This document shows, in pieces, positions 11,154 to 23,193 of a DNA stretch of 64,000 nucleotides. Both the position numbers and the translations under genes were made by a program. Numbering within the stretch: position 1 is the stretch's first letter; each line of letters starts with the position of its first letter. The stretch comes from Macrostomum lignano (Eukaryota): NCBI GenBank assembly GCA_002269645.1, contig NIVC01000125.1, positions 34,897 to 98,896 on the forward strand, read 5' to 3'. The notes below the pieces were generated by a model. That model was not told where the DNA came from. It saw only the letters and a program-made list of their open reading frames with translations, and did no database searches.

Positions 11154-13318
11154 CTAAGCTTTGTCGTAGGCTGGCGGTGGATCCGAAGGCATCCTGTTGT
11201 AGGCGGGCGGTTTCGGCTCCATAGAAACGGCGCCCGGCTCGTTAGCGCCAATGCCAGGGCTGTAGGCGCCGAGGCCGTAGGATCCGGCTGGCTGGGTCGG
11301 ATAGCTGCCGGGCGGCGCCGTGCAATGCGAGTTGGCTGGCGCCGGCGCCACCGGCTGAGCGGCGCCGTCAGCGGTCATGGCGTAGTTGGCGGCAACAGGG
11401 GCACCAGACCGGGAATTGGCAACGGCTCGGCGGTACCAGAGGTATCGAATGCCAAAGCCGATCCCAGTTAAAGCGGCTGCAACAGCCAGCCCAATAATCC
11501 AGTAGTAGTTGAACGTGAAGCTGGCATCGCCGATTCCCAGGCTTTTGTCCAGCGTGCTCAAATTGTAGAATTTCGCATCCCCGCCGGGCCGGCTGCTGCA
11601 CAGGTAGCGCAGCATCTGAGCGCAATAATTCCGATAGAACGAGCCCGCGCTAAAGTACACACAGCGGCAGTTCCCGCCAAAGCAGGTGTACGTACTCGAA
11701 CCCTTGAACGTTATGGAGCTGCTGGATCTGAAATTATTGGGTTTGCAGGATGGTGTGAGCTGCAATATGGAAGATTATTCGCTGCGGGCCACCCTGGTGC
11801 AACGCCTTCCTTCGGAGACATCGTCTTATCAGCCAGCGCTGACGGCGATTCTGCCCGTTCCGCTGACTCCTGAGCACAAAACAAGCGCACCAATACTGAA
11901 CGCAGCCACGCACTCACACACGCGCTTCCACAGGGTGTACAATAGCCCTGACTTCCCAATCGTCAGGCATGAACACTCTCTGTGCCTTGGGGATTGAACC
12001 TCATGACTGTGAATCGTATTTTCACGCACAAGCACTTGCAACACAAAACGCCCAGTAGACGTCACTAAACTCCGGATAAAAACCTGCTGGTTTGTAGCAC
12101 AGAAGCTGAAGCAACCCATCCATTGTAGAAGCTGTCACTATCCAGGAAAAACAGAAGCTGAAGCAACCCACCCATTGTAGAAGCTGTCACTATCCAGGAA
12201 AAACAGAAGCTGAAGCAACCCACCCATTGTAGAAGCTGTCACTATCCAGGAAAAACAGAAGCTGAAGCAACCCACCCATAGTAGAAGCTGTCACTATCCA
12301 GGAAAAACAGAAGCTGAAGCAACCCACCCATAGTAGAAGCTGTCACTATCCAGGAAAAACAGAAGCTGAAGCAACCCACCCATAGTAGAAGCTGTCACTA
12401 TCCAGGAAAAACAGAAGCTGAAGCAACCCACCCATAGTAGAAGCTGTCACTATCCAGGAAAAACAGAAGCTGAAGCAACCCACCCATAGTAGAAGCTGTC
12501 ACTATCCAGGAAAAACAGAAGCTGAAGCAACCCACCCATAGTAGAAGCTGTCACTATCCAGGAAAAACAGAAGCTGAAGCAACCCACCCATAGTAGAAGC
12601 TGTCACTATCCAGGAAAAACACGCCTTTGGAGGTGTCGGCCACACCAACCCAGGTATCTTGACCTGTCGGCCAGGTCGTCGTGCTGGCCAGACCCAGTAC
12701 GTCGGCTGTTGAAGAGACAAAGCCCAGCGCCAAATTGGCGCGCACGTAACGGCAACCAACGGCAGCGTTGGTGAAAGTGGCCCGCGAGTTATTTGGATGC
12801 GCGGCGCCGTAGCAGAGACCGTCTCTGTACAACCAGCCAGCCGGACAGGCGCCAGTCTTGACCAGTTCAACGTCCAGCACGATGCTGTCGGGGTAATAAG
12901 AAAACGAAGAAGATAACGCACGGGTGAAAAGCTTAACGTAAAATTTGTTGCTAGGGGTGGCAAATGCCCGATAGTCAGTTTGATTATCCGTGGTAACCAA
13001 GGCCAACGGAGCCGAGCCGAACTCGGGCCCGATGCTGAATACGGACAAGCGTTTAGACAGGCTGCTGCTGAGGCGCACGTAAAAGTACATCCCGCCGACG
13101 CCGTGGAACTCGGCGTGGCAATAGCTAATGTTGACCAGGTTCAGCTCCACGCTAAATCTGGTGGTGCCGTTGTAGGCTGAAGAGTTGATGCTCACTATGG
13201 CCGGTCTGCCTGTTCTGTGGGTGCAGCCGTAGCGGTCAACAGCCTGGCTGAGCAATGGAACGGCTAGGAGCAGCGAGGACAAAACAAAAATAAGAAACTG
13301 CAGCTGCCGGTGACACAT
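11154..13318 (-). CDS. Receptor paralog C; exons 13318-12588 and 11727-11154 (434 aa)
   Basis: Signal peptide, CPAGW..CYG, donor GG|GTGGGT, acceptor TTTCAG|A in phase 2; CRCVYF..C..YLCS, TM YYWIIGLAVAAALTGIGFGI, two PPAY motifs. Confidence 0.87.
11805..12020 (-). mobile_element. SINE family 2 fragment in paralog C intron
   Basis: Plus strand TTCCGCTGACTCCTGAGCAC..CAGGGTGTACA..CCCTGACTTCCCAATCGTCAGGCATG..TCATGACTGTGAATCG aligns with 3015-3220. Confidence 0.7.
12105..12620. repeat. 52 bp tandem repeat made of the last 33 nt of exon 1 plus the first 19 nt of the intron of paralog C, about 10 copies
   Basis: Minus-strand unit GTTTTTCCTGGATAGTGACAGCTTCTACTATGG|GTGGGTTGCTTCAGCTTCT. Confidence 0.95.
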
Positions 13319-13369
13319 CGCGCTGTTCAGGCATGCATCGAATGAGTTGGTTGGCTTGGGGTTTCAGAA

Positions 13370-13485
13370 ATCCATCACACACTCAAACACACGCTCACAC
13401 AGGGTGCACACAGTGGCCCGGACTTTCTGATCGTCAGGCATGTGCACTCTCTGTGCCTTGGAGGTTGAACCTCATGACTGGGAAT
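13370..13485 (-). mobile_element. SINE family 2 fragment just upstream of paralog C
   Basis: CGCTCACACAGGGTGCACA..GACTTTCTGATCGTCAGGCATGTGCAC..CTCATGACTG. Confidence 0.65.
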
Positions 13486-13744
13486 CCCACAATCCTATAT
13501 ATCCTAGTATCAGCAAAGTATAAAAATAGCAAATAGACAAGTTGTAATGCAAAAGCATTAAGTTATTTTTCCCATTTTATTGATAGACGATAAATATGTC
13601 TTTGTAGAAATGATATTCAGGATATCAGCAGTGCAGGCTCTCATCAAAATGCTATTGAGAAAAAAAGCAAAGCGATTGACGAGGCCTAATTATTAAAATT
13701 TAACGGATTGTATAAAGCATATAAACTGTATGTCATGTGAGAAG

Positions 13745-14372
13745 GTGCAAACAGGTGAGAGGATATAACAGGTGAGAGGATAGAACAGGTGAGAGGATAG
13801 AACAGGTGAGAGGATAGAACAGGTGAGAGGGTACAACAGGTGAGAGGGTAGAACAGGTGAGAGGGTAGAACAGGTGAGAGGATAGAACAGGTGAGAGGAT
13901 AGAACAGGTGAGAGGATAGAACAGGTGAGAGGGTACAACAGGTGAGAGGGTAGAACAGGTGAGAGGGTAGAACAGGTGAGATGATAAGACAGGTGAGAGG
14001 GTAGAACAGGTGAGATGATAAGACAGGTGAGAGGGTAGAACAGGTGAGAGGATAAAACAGGTGAGAGGATAGAACAGGTGAGAGGATATAACAGGTGAGA
14101 GGATAGAACAGGTGAGAGGATATAACAGGTGAGAGGGTAGAACAGGTGAGAGGATATAACAGGTGAGAGGATAGAACAGGTGAGAGGATAGAACAGGTGA
14201 GAGGATAGAACAGGTGAGAGGATAGAACAGGTGAGAGGATATAACAGGTGAGATGATAGGATAGGTGAGATGATAGGACAGGTGAGATGATAGGACAGGT
14301 GAGATGATAGGACAGGTGAGATGATAGGACAGGTGAGATGATAGGACAGGTGAGATGATAGAACAGGTGAGA
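13745..14372. repeat. Minisatellite, 17 bp unit (ACAGGTGAGAGGATAGA), about 37 copies
   Basis: Direct tandem repeats in the C-D spacer. Confidence 0.97.
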
Positions 14373-14924
14373 TGCAGGAGTGAGAGAAATACCCGGGCTA
14401 CGTAATAAGAGAGAACCAGAGATCACTACATAAAATTATACAAATCAACAATTAATATGAAAAAACTGCAAATATTTTTGTAGACGAAAATAAAAACAAG
14501 AATGGCGGCTAACTAAGATATAAAAGGCACAAGACAAAGAGTTAAGATTTTTGTTTGCCAGAAAAATACACAATGGAATACTTAAAACATTTGATCAAGT
14601 TCAGTTAAATATAAAAGCTACTTCCAGATCGAAGACAGCAGAGAAAGTTGACACGGGTGTTAATGCTATGAAGCAATAAACCATAGCAGAGCTGTTGGCT
14701 ATCTACTGTCTTAAGAATGAGCATTGAGGGATTAAAAAGTAAATAGAAAAATAAAGATTTCGTATTTGATTAGGGAAAATATAACAATGCAATGCTTGAT
14801 AATCTACACGTGTCCAGCCTCATGGACTGATTAGTTACAGCATGTTAATCTACCATCTACCTAACTTTATCGACTTGCTTTGTTGTATTATACACGTCGT
14901 ACCTATCAATATCATCTAGCCTCT

Positions 14925-15350
14925 TTTTCTGTCTACCAATCTGTCTACCGATCTATCAATCTGTCTACCTGTCTGTCTAACTAGCTGTCTACCTGTCTAC
15001 TACCAACCTGTCTACTTATCTGTCTACCTATCTGTCTACTAATATGTCTACCAATATGTCTACCTACATGTCTACCTGTCTACTAATCTGTCTACCTGTC
15101 TACTAATCTGTCTACCTGTCTACTAATCTGTCTACCTAACTGTCTACCAATCTGTCTACCTACCTGTCTACCTGTCTACCTATCGGTCTACCTATCTGTC
15201 TACCTATCTGTCTCCCTGTCTACTTATCGGTCTACTTATCTGTCTAACTATCTACCAATCTCCTATCTACCAATCTCCTATCTACCAATCTCCTATCTAC
15301 CAATCTTCTACCAATCTCCTATCTACCAATCTCCTATCTACCAACTTCCT
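14925..15350. repeat. Degenerate (TGTCTACC/TCTACCAATC)-type simple repeat
   Basis: Low-complexity TCTAC-rich tract. Confidence 0.85.
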
Positions 15351-15402
15351 ACCTGCCCAACTGGCTATCATAGGCAGAGGCAGTGCATTCAGGCCAGCCA
15401 AG

Positions 15403-17161
15403 TCAGTCGAATTTCTGCACTCCTTTCCAATTAGCTGCCTGCTGGAAGTGCCCAGCGCCGTAAATCTCCTCAGGGGTAGGAGCCGAAGGAACGGCAGCCC
15501 CGGTGGACACAGCTTCGTTGTAGCTCGGCGGTTGCTCGTCGCAGTTGCCACCGTAATTGTATGACGGCGGCGCCAGCGGCTCCGGGTACAAGCTGTTGGA
15601 AATGACATCCGTTGTCGAGAAGCGTGGGCCATTGGCGGCGGAAATGGACCGCCGGATGGTCAGTTTCTGCTTGATCTTCGTGCCGACAGCCACCGACATA
15701 ACGAAAACAAAAATGACTGCAAACACGACACCGACAATCCAGGCCCGACTGGTCTTGTCCTCATCCTCAGAGAACAGCGAATAGAATTTGGAATCTCCGC
15801 CAACGGCGCAGCTGCATAGGTAGCTTTGCTTAGTTGAGCAGCTCTGCCGGTGGAATAAAGCAGTGCTCAGCTCTGTGTAGTGCACGCAACGACACTTGGA
15901 CGAGTCACTGGTGCAGGACTTCTTAACGCTGGAGCTGCAAAGGTTAGAGCGGATTTTGTTAGAATAGGGGTCCAGGTGGCTATCAGAGGTTTACGGTGGA
16001 TATCAGCATGTCACACCGGTTGGATATCAGCATGTCACACCGGTTGGATATCAGCATGTCACACCGGTTGGATATCAGCATGTCACACCGGTTGGATATC
16101 AGCATGTCACACCGGTTGGATATCAGCATGGCACACCGGTTGGATATCAGCATGGCACACTAGTGTACATCAGCATGACACACTAGTGTACATCAGCATG
16201 GCACACAAGTGTACATCAGCATGGCACACTAGTGTACATCAGCATGGCACACTAGTGTACATCAGCATGGCGCACTAGTGTACATCAGCATGTCACACTA
16301 GTGTACATCAGCATGGCACACTAGTGTACATCAGCATGGCACACTAGTGTACATCAGCATGGCACACTAGTGTACATCAGCATGGCACACTAGTGTACAT
16401 CAGCATGGCACACTAGTGTACATCAGCACGGCAGTGAAGCCACCAGCTTACCTGATAAATATGGTATTGTTCAAGAAGTACACAGCCTCGGGTTTGCTCT
16501 TCCAGGCGGCGCCAACCCAGACAGGCCGGCCGTCAGTCCAGCCGGCAAGTTGCAGAGCAGCGCCCAGAGTCCTGGTGACGTCAGCGAATCCCATAGCCAG
16601 ATTGGCTTGCACGTAACGACACGCGACAATGGCGGTGGAAAAGCTAGCAGCTGTGCTGTTCAATGAGGCGGGGCCGTAGCACCTGCCCGAGTGGAGAACC
16701 CATCCGTCCGGGCACGCGGTGACCAGGTGCACATTCAGCAGGACGCTGTCAACGGTGGACCGGCTGGAGAACAGTCTGCTCAGCGAGGCGTACAGCCGGT
16801 TGGACTTTGTTGCGAACGATTGGTAACGAGACTGACTGCTGGAGGAAATCGTGGCGACCCTGGATCCCGGATAGTCGGATTGGATCCTTAGTCGAGAGTA
16901 GCGAGACTCCATGGTGCTGGCTAGGCTAACGTAGAAATAGCCGCTAGAACTGGCGGAGCTCACAAGCAGAATGTGGCACAGACTGTCCGTGCTGTCTATG
17001 CTAAGTCTGACGCTAAACCGCGAAGAGTTCACTGCCACAACAGTCGGTGTGGAGTTGGTCGTGCAGTTAAATGTCTGGCCCGACGCGACGGCGGCGGCAG
17101 CCAGAATTGAAGCCGATGCTAAAAGTGCAGGCACAGCTTTGATGGCGGAGTTCGGCGACAT
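15403..17161 (-). CDS. Receptor paralog D; exons 17161-16452 and 15934-15403 (413 aa)
   Basis: Donor AG|GTAAGC, acceptor TTTGCAG|C in phase 2; CPDGW..CYG, CRCVHY..C..YLCS, TM WIVGVVFAVIFVFVMSVAVG, two PPSY motifs. Confidence 0.88.
15995..16430. repeat. Intronic minisatellite, 24 bp unit (GGATATCAGCATGTCACACCGGTT) grading into a 23 bp unit (GTACATCAGCATGGCACACTAGT)
   Basis: Direct repeats fill most of the paralog D intron. Confidence 0.95.
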
Positions 17162-17279
17162 TGCGCATTAGTCAGGCATAAATTAAGAAACCGGTTGCAG
17201 GTAGATTCAGTAATTACTGAAATTAGGCAGTATCATTGACAGCTTCTGATCGAAAACTCTAGCTAGGTTACAGGGTGAC

Positions 17280-18030
17280 CGCAACTGGGTCTGTAGCTGG
17301 GTCTGCAACTGGGTCTGCAACTGGGTCTGCAACTGGGTCTGCAATTCTGGGTCTGCAATTCTGGGTCTGCAACTGGGTCTGTAGCTGGGTCTGCAACTGG
17401 GTCTGCAATTCTGGGTCTGCAACTGGGTCTGTAGCTGGGTCTGCAACTGGGTCTGCAATTCTGGGTCTGCAACTGGGTCTGTAGCTGGGTCTGCAACTGG
17501 GTCTGCAATTCTGGGTCTGCAACTGGGTCTGTAGCTGGGTCTGCAACTGGGTCTGCAATTCTGGGTCTGCAATTCTGGGTCTGCAACTGGGTCTGTAGCT
17601 GGGTCTGCAACTGGGTCTGCAATTCTGGGTCTGCAACTGGGTCTGTAGCTGGGTCTGCAGCTGGGTCTGTAAGCTGGGTCTGTAGCTGGGTCTGCAACTG
17701 GGTCTGCAACTGGGTCTGTAGCTGGGTCTGCAACTGGGTCTGTAGCTGGGTCTGCAATTCTGGGTCTGCAACTGGGTCTGCAACTGGGACTGCAACTGGG
17801 TCTGTAGCTGGGTCTGCAACTGGGTCTGTAGCTGGGTCTGCAACTGGGTCTGTAGCTAGGTCTGCAACTGGGTCTGTAGCTGGGTCTGCAACTGGGTCTG
17901 CAACTGGGTCTGTAGCTAGGTCTGCAACTGGGTCTGTAGCTGGGTCTGCAACTGGGTCTGCAACTGGGTCTGTAGCTAGGTCTGCAACTGGGTCTGTAGC
18001 TGGGTCTGCAACTGGGTCTGCAACTGGGTC
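17280..18030. repeat. Minisatellite of 12 and 14 bp variants (CTGCAACTGGGT, CTGTAGCTGGGT, CTGCAATTCTGGGT)
   Basis: Direct tandem repeats upstream of paralog D. Confidence 0.95.
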
Positions 18031-18519
18031 TTTGCTCCCTGGTTTAAATATGAAACAAAGCTGCACTGAAAAAAATCACAGCGTTATATTTTTTATCACA
18101 AAATATGAGCTAAGAAAGGAATTTTTAAATGAAGACGGTAAATGATAGTGGATACATAAATTGTATAATAGTTTACAGACACAAAATGGTGTAAGATTCC
18201 TGAATAAATGTTCAGATGCAGTGGATATATAGGATGAAATTTACTATATTAATGTGCACCAATAATCGTTAATTAATTTTTCCCATCTTAAACAACAGCG
18301 TAAAAGTTAAAATAGATCAAATTAAAAATAATTTACGAATATTCAGTTAGCTGTTTCATGAAAAAAGTTTCGACAAAAAGTAATGCAGATAAGCCACTTT
18401 ATCAGCAACAACATAACTGACATTAGGAGGACATTATAAAAAACCACTTGCATGTACAAAAAGCAATACAAAAGCAAGGAATATTGTGCCTTTTATCTGC
18501 TTTCGGGTGTACGTAATCC

Positions 18520-21500
18520 ATCCTGTTCTTTCACTTGGGAAATAGATTAGCAATCTATCCTTTTGTTTTACTTGGGAAATAGATTAGCAATCCATTCTGT
18601 TCTTTTACTTGGGAAATAGATTAGCAATCCATCCTGTTCTTTCACTTGGGAAATAGATTAGCAATCTATCCTTTTGTTTTACTTGGGAAATAGATTAGCA
18701 ATCCATTCTGTTCTTTTACTTGGGAAATAGATTAGCAATCCATTCTGTTCTTTCACTTGGGAAATAGATTAGCAATCTATCCTTTTGTTTTACTTGGGAA
18801 ATAGATTAGCAATCCATCTTGTTCTGTCACTTGGGAAATAGATTAGCAATCTATCCTTTTGTTTTACTTGGGAAATAGATTAGCAATCCATCTTGTTCTG
18901 TCACTTGGGAAATAGATTAGCAATCCATCCTTTTGTTTTACTTGGGAAATAGATTAGCAATCCATCCTTTTGTTTCACTTGGGAAATAGATTAGCAATCC
19001 ATCCCGTTCTGTCATTTGGGAAATAGATTAGCAATCCATTCTGTTCTGTCACTTGGTAAATAGATTAGCAATCCATTCTGTTCTGTCACTTGGGAAATAG
19101 ATTAGCAATCCATCCTGTTCTTTCACTTGGGAAATAGATTAGCAATCCATTCTGTTCTGTCACTTGGGAAATAGATTAGCAATCCATTCTGTTCTGTCAC
19201 TTGGGAAATAGATTAGCAATCCATTCTGTTCTTTCACTTGGGAAATAGATTAGCAATCTATCCTTTTGTTTTACTTGGGAAATAGATTAGCAATCCATCT
19301 TGTTCTGTCACTTGGGAAATAGATTAGCAATCCATCCTTTTGTTTTACTTGGGAAATAGATTAGCAATCCATCCTTTTGTTTCACTTGGGAAATAGATTA
19401 GCAATCCATCCCGTTCTGTCATTTGGGAAATAGATTAGCAATCCATTCTGTTCTGTCACTTGGTAAATAGATTAGCAATCCATTCTGTTCTGTCACTTGG
19501 GAAATAGATTAGCAATCCATTCTGTTCTTTCACTTGGGAAATAGATTAGCAATCCATTCTGTTCTGTCACTTGGGAAATAGATTAGCAATCCATTCTGTT
19601 CTGTCACTTGGGAAATAGATTAGCAATCCATCCTGTTCTTTCACTTGGGAAATAGATTAGCAATCCATCCTTTTGTTTTACTTGGGAAATAGATTAGCAA
19701 TCCATTCTTTTCTGTCACTTGGGAAATAGATTAGCAATCCATTCTGTTCTGTCACTTGGGAAATAGATTAGCAATCCATTCTGTTCTGTCACTTGGGAAA
19801 TAGATTAGCAATCCATTCTTTTCTGTCACTTGGGAAATAGATTAGCAATCCATTCTGTTCTGTCACTTGGGAAATAGATTAGCAATCCATCCTGTTCTTT
19901 CACTTGGTAAATAGATTAGCAATCCATCCTTTTGTTTTACTTGGGAAATAGATTAGCAATCCATTCTTTTCTGTCACTTGGGAAATAGATTAGCAATCTA
20001 TTCTGTTCTGTCACTTGGTAAATAGATTAGCAATCCATTTTGTTCTGTCACTTGGGAAATAGATTAGCAATCCATTCTGTTCTGTCACTTGGTAAATAGA
20101 TTAGCAATCCATTCTGTTCTGTCACTTGGGAAATAGATTAGCAATCCATCCTGTTCTTTCACTTGGGAAATAGATTAGCAATCCATCCTTTTGTTTTACT
20201 TGGGAAATAGATTAGCAATCCATTCTGTTCTGTCACTTGGGAAATAGATTAGCAATCCATTCTGTTCTGTCACTTGGGAAATAGATTAGCAATCCATTCT
20301 GTTCTGTCACTTGGGAAATAGATTAGCAATCCATTCTTTTCTGTCACTTGGGAAATAGATTAGCAATCCATCCTGTTCTTTCACTTGGGAAATAGATTAG
20401 CAATCCATCCTTTTGTTTTACTTGGGAAATAGATTAGCAATCCATTCTTTTCTGTCACTTGGGAAATAGATTAGCAATCCATTCTGTTCTGTCACTTGGG
20501 AAATAGATTAGCAATCCATTCTGTTCTGTCACTTGGGAAATAGATTAGCAATCCATTCTGTTCTGTCACTTGGGAAATAGATTAGCAATCCATCCTGTTC
20601 TTTCACTTGGGAAATAGATTAGCAATCCATCCTTTTGTTTCACTTGGGAAATAGATTAGCAATCCATTCTTTTCTGTCACTTGGGAAATAGATTAGCAAT
20701 CCATTCTGTTCTGTCACTTGGGAAATAGATTAGCAATCCATTCTGTTCTGTCACTTGGGAAATAGATTAGCAATCCATTCTGTTCTGTCACTTGGGAAAT
20801 AGATTAGCAATCCATTCTTTTCTGTCACTTGGGAAATAGATTAGCAATCCATTCTGTTCTGTCACTTGGGAAATAGATTAGCAATCCATCCTGTTCTGTC
20901 ACTTGGGAAATAGATTAGCAATCCATTCTGTTCTGTCACTTGGGAAATAGATTAGCAATCCATTCTTTTCTGTCACTTGGGAAATAGATTAGCAATCCAT
21001 TCTGTTCTGTCACTTGGGAAATAGATTAGCAATCCATCCTGTTCTTTTACTTGGGAAATAGATTAGCAATCCATCCTTTTGTTTTACTTGGGAAATAGAT
21101 TAGCAATCCATTCTGTTCTGTCACTTGGGAAATAGATTAGCAATCCATCCTTTTGTTTCACTTGGGAAATAGATTAGCAATCCATCCTTTTGTTTCACTT
21201 GGGAAATAGATTAGCAATCCATTCTGTTCTGTCACTTGGGAAATAGATTAGCAATCCATTCTGTTCTGTCACTTGGGAAATAGATTAGCAATCCATTCTG
21301 TTCTGTCACTTGGGAAATAGATTAGCAATCCATTCTGTTCTGTCACTTGGGAAATAGATTAGCAATCCATTCTGTTCTGTCACTTGGGAAATAGATTAGC
21401 AATCCATACTGTTCTGTCACTTGGGAAATAGATTAGCAATCCATTCTTTTCTGTCACTTGGGAAATAGATTAGCAATCCATCCTGTTCTTTTACTTGGGA

Positions 21501-23050
21501 AATAGATTAGCAATCCATCCTTTTGTTTTACTTGGGAAATAGATTAGCAATCCATTCTGTTCTGTCACTTGGGAAATAGATTAGCAATCCATTCTGTTCT
21601 TTCACTTGGGAAATAGATTAGCAATCCATCCTTTTGTTTTACTTGGGAAATAGATTAGCAATCCATTCTTTTCTGTCACTTGGGAAATAGATTAGCAATC
21701 CATTCTGTTCTGTCACTTGGGAAATAGATTAGCAATCCATTCTGTTCTGTCACTTGGGAAATAGATTAGCAATCCATTCTGTTCTGTCACTTGGGAAATA
21801 GATTAGCAATCCATTCTTTTCTGTCACTTGGGAAATAGATTAGCAATCCATTCTGTTCTGTCACTTGGGAAATAGATTAGCAATCCATCCTGTTCTGTCA
21901 CTTGGGAAATAGATTAGCAATCCATTCTGTTCTGTCACTTGGGAAATAGATTAGCAATCCATTCTGTTCTGTCACTTGGGAAATAGATTAGCAATCCATT
22001 CTGTTCTGTCACTTGGGAAATAGATTAGCAATCCATCCTGTTCTTTTACTTGGGAAATAGATTAGCAATCCATTCTTTTCTGTCACTTGGGAAATAGATT
22101 AGCAATCCATCCTGTTCTTTCACTTGGGAAATAGATTAGCAATCCATCCTGTTCTTTTACTTGGGAAATAGATTAGCAATCCATCCTTTTGTTTTACTTG
22201 GGAAATAGATTAGCAATCCATTCTGTTCTGTCACTTGGGAAATAGATTAGCAATCCATCCTTTTGTTTCACTTGGGAAATAGATTAGCAATCCATTCTGT
22301 TCTGTCACTTGGGAAATAGATTAGCAATCCATTCTGTTCTGTCACTTGGGAAATAGATTAGCAATCCATTCTGTTCTGTCACTTGGGAAATAGATTAGCA
22401 ATCCATTCTGTTCTGTCACTTGGGAAATAGATTAGCAATCCATTCTGTTCTGTCACTTGGGAAATAGATTAGCAATCCATTCTGTTCTGTCACTTGGGAA
22501 ATAGATTAGCAATCCATTCTGTTCTGTCACTTGGGAAATAGATTAGCAATCCATTCTTTTCTGTCACTTGGGAAATAGATTAGCAATCCATTCTGTTCTG
22601 TCACTTGGGAAATAGATTAGCAATCCATCCTGTTCTGTCACTTGGGAAATAGATTAGCAATCCATTCTGTTCTGTCACTTGGGAAATAGATTAGCAATCC
22701 ATCATGTTTTGTCACTTGGGAAATAGATTAGCAATCCATTCTGTTCTTTCACTCGGGAAATAGATTAGCAATCCATTCTGTTTTGTCACTTGGAAAATAG
22801 ATTAGTAATCCATCCTCTTGGGAAATAGATTAGCAATCCATTCTGTTTTGTCACTTGGAAAATAGATTAGCAATCCATCCTCTTGGAAAATAGATTAGCA
22901 ATCCATCCTCTTGGAAAATAGATTAGCAATCCATCCTCTTGGGAAATAGATTAGCAATCCATCCTCTTGGGAAATAGATTAGCAATCCATCCTCTTGGGA
23001 AATAGATTAGCAATCCATCCTCTTGGGAAATAGATTAGCAATCCATCCCG
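18520..23050. repeat. Large minisatellite, 37 bp unit (CACTTGGGAAATAGATTAGCAATCCATTCTGTTCTGT), about 120 copies, ending in a shortened ~28 bp unit
   Basis: 4.5 kb of direct repeats in the D-E spacer. Confidence 0.98.
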
Positions 23051-23193
23051 TGTCCTCCTCATGGAGATCAAGCTTCATCGCTTATTAGTTTGCATCAGAG
23101 AATTAGACAAATATGAATTGTGAGTCATGTCAATGATTGTTGTGAATTTTTACACTCATTCAGTTAAACGGGTTCATACTTCAAAAGTGCCGC

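Noticed and set aside
10356-17843. Repetitive ORFs at 10356-11043, 13686-14426, 15880-16278 and 17207-18066
   Set aside because: Minisatellite translations in spacers or introns.
18064-18510. CACTGAAAAAAA..TTTCGGGTG as a CACTA-like MITE
   Set aside because: Right TIR is imperfect, no clear TSD, single copy in the window.
18520-23050. 37-bp periodic array resembling CRISPR
   Set aside because: Units are contiguous with only point variants; no unique spacers, no cas genes, eukaryotic context.
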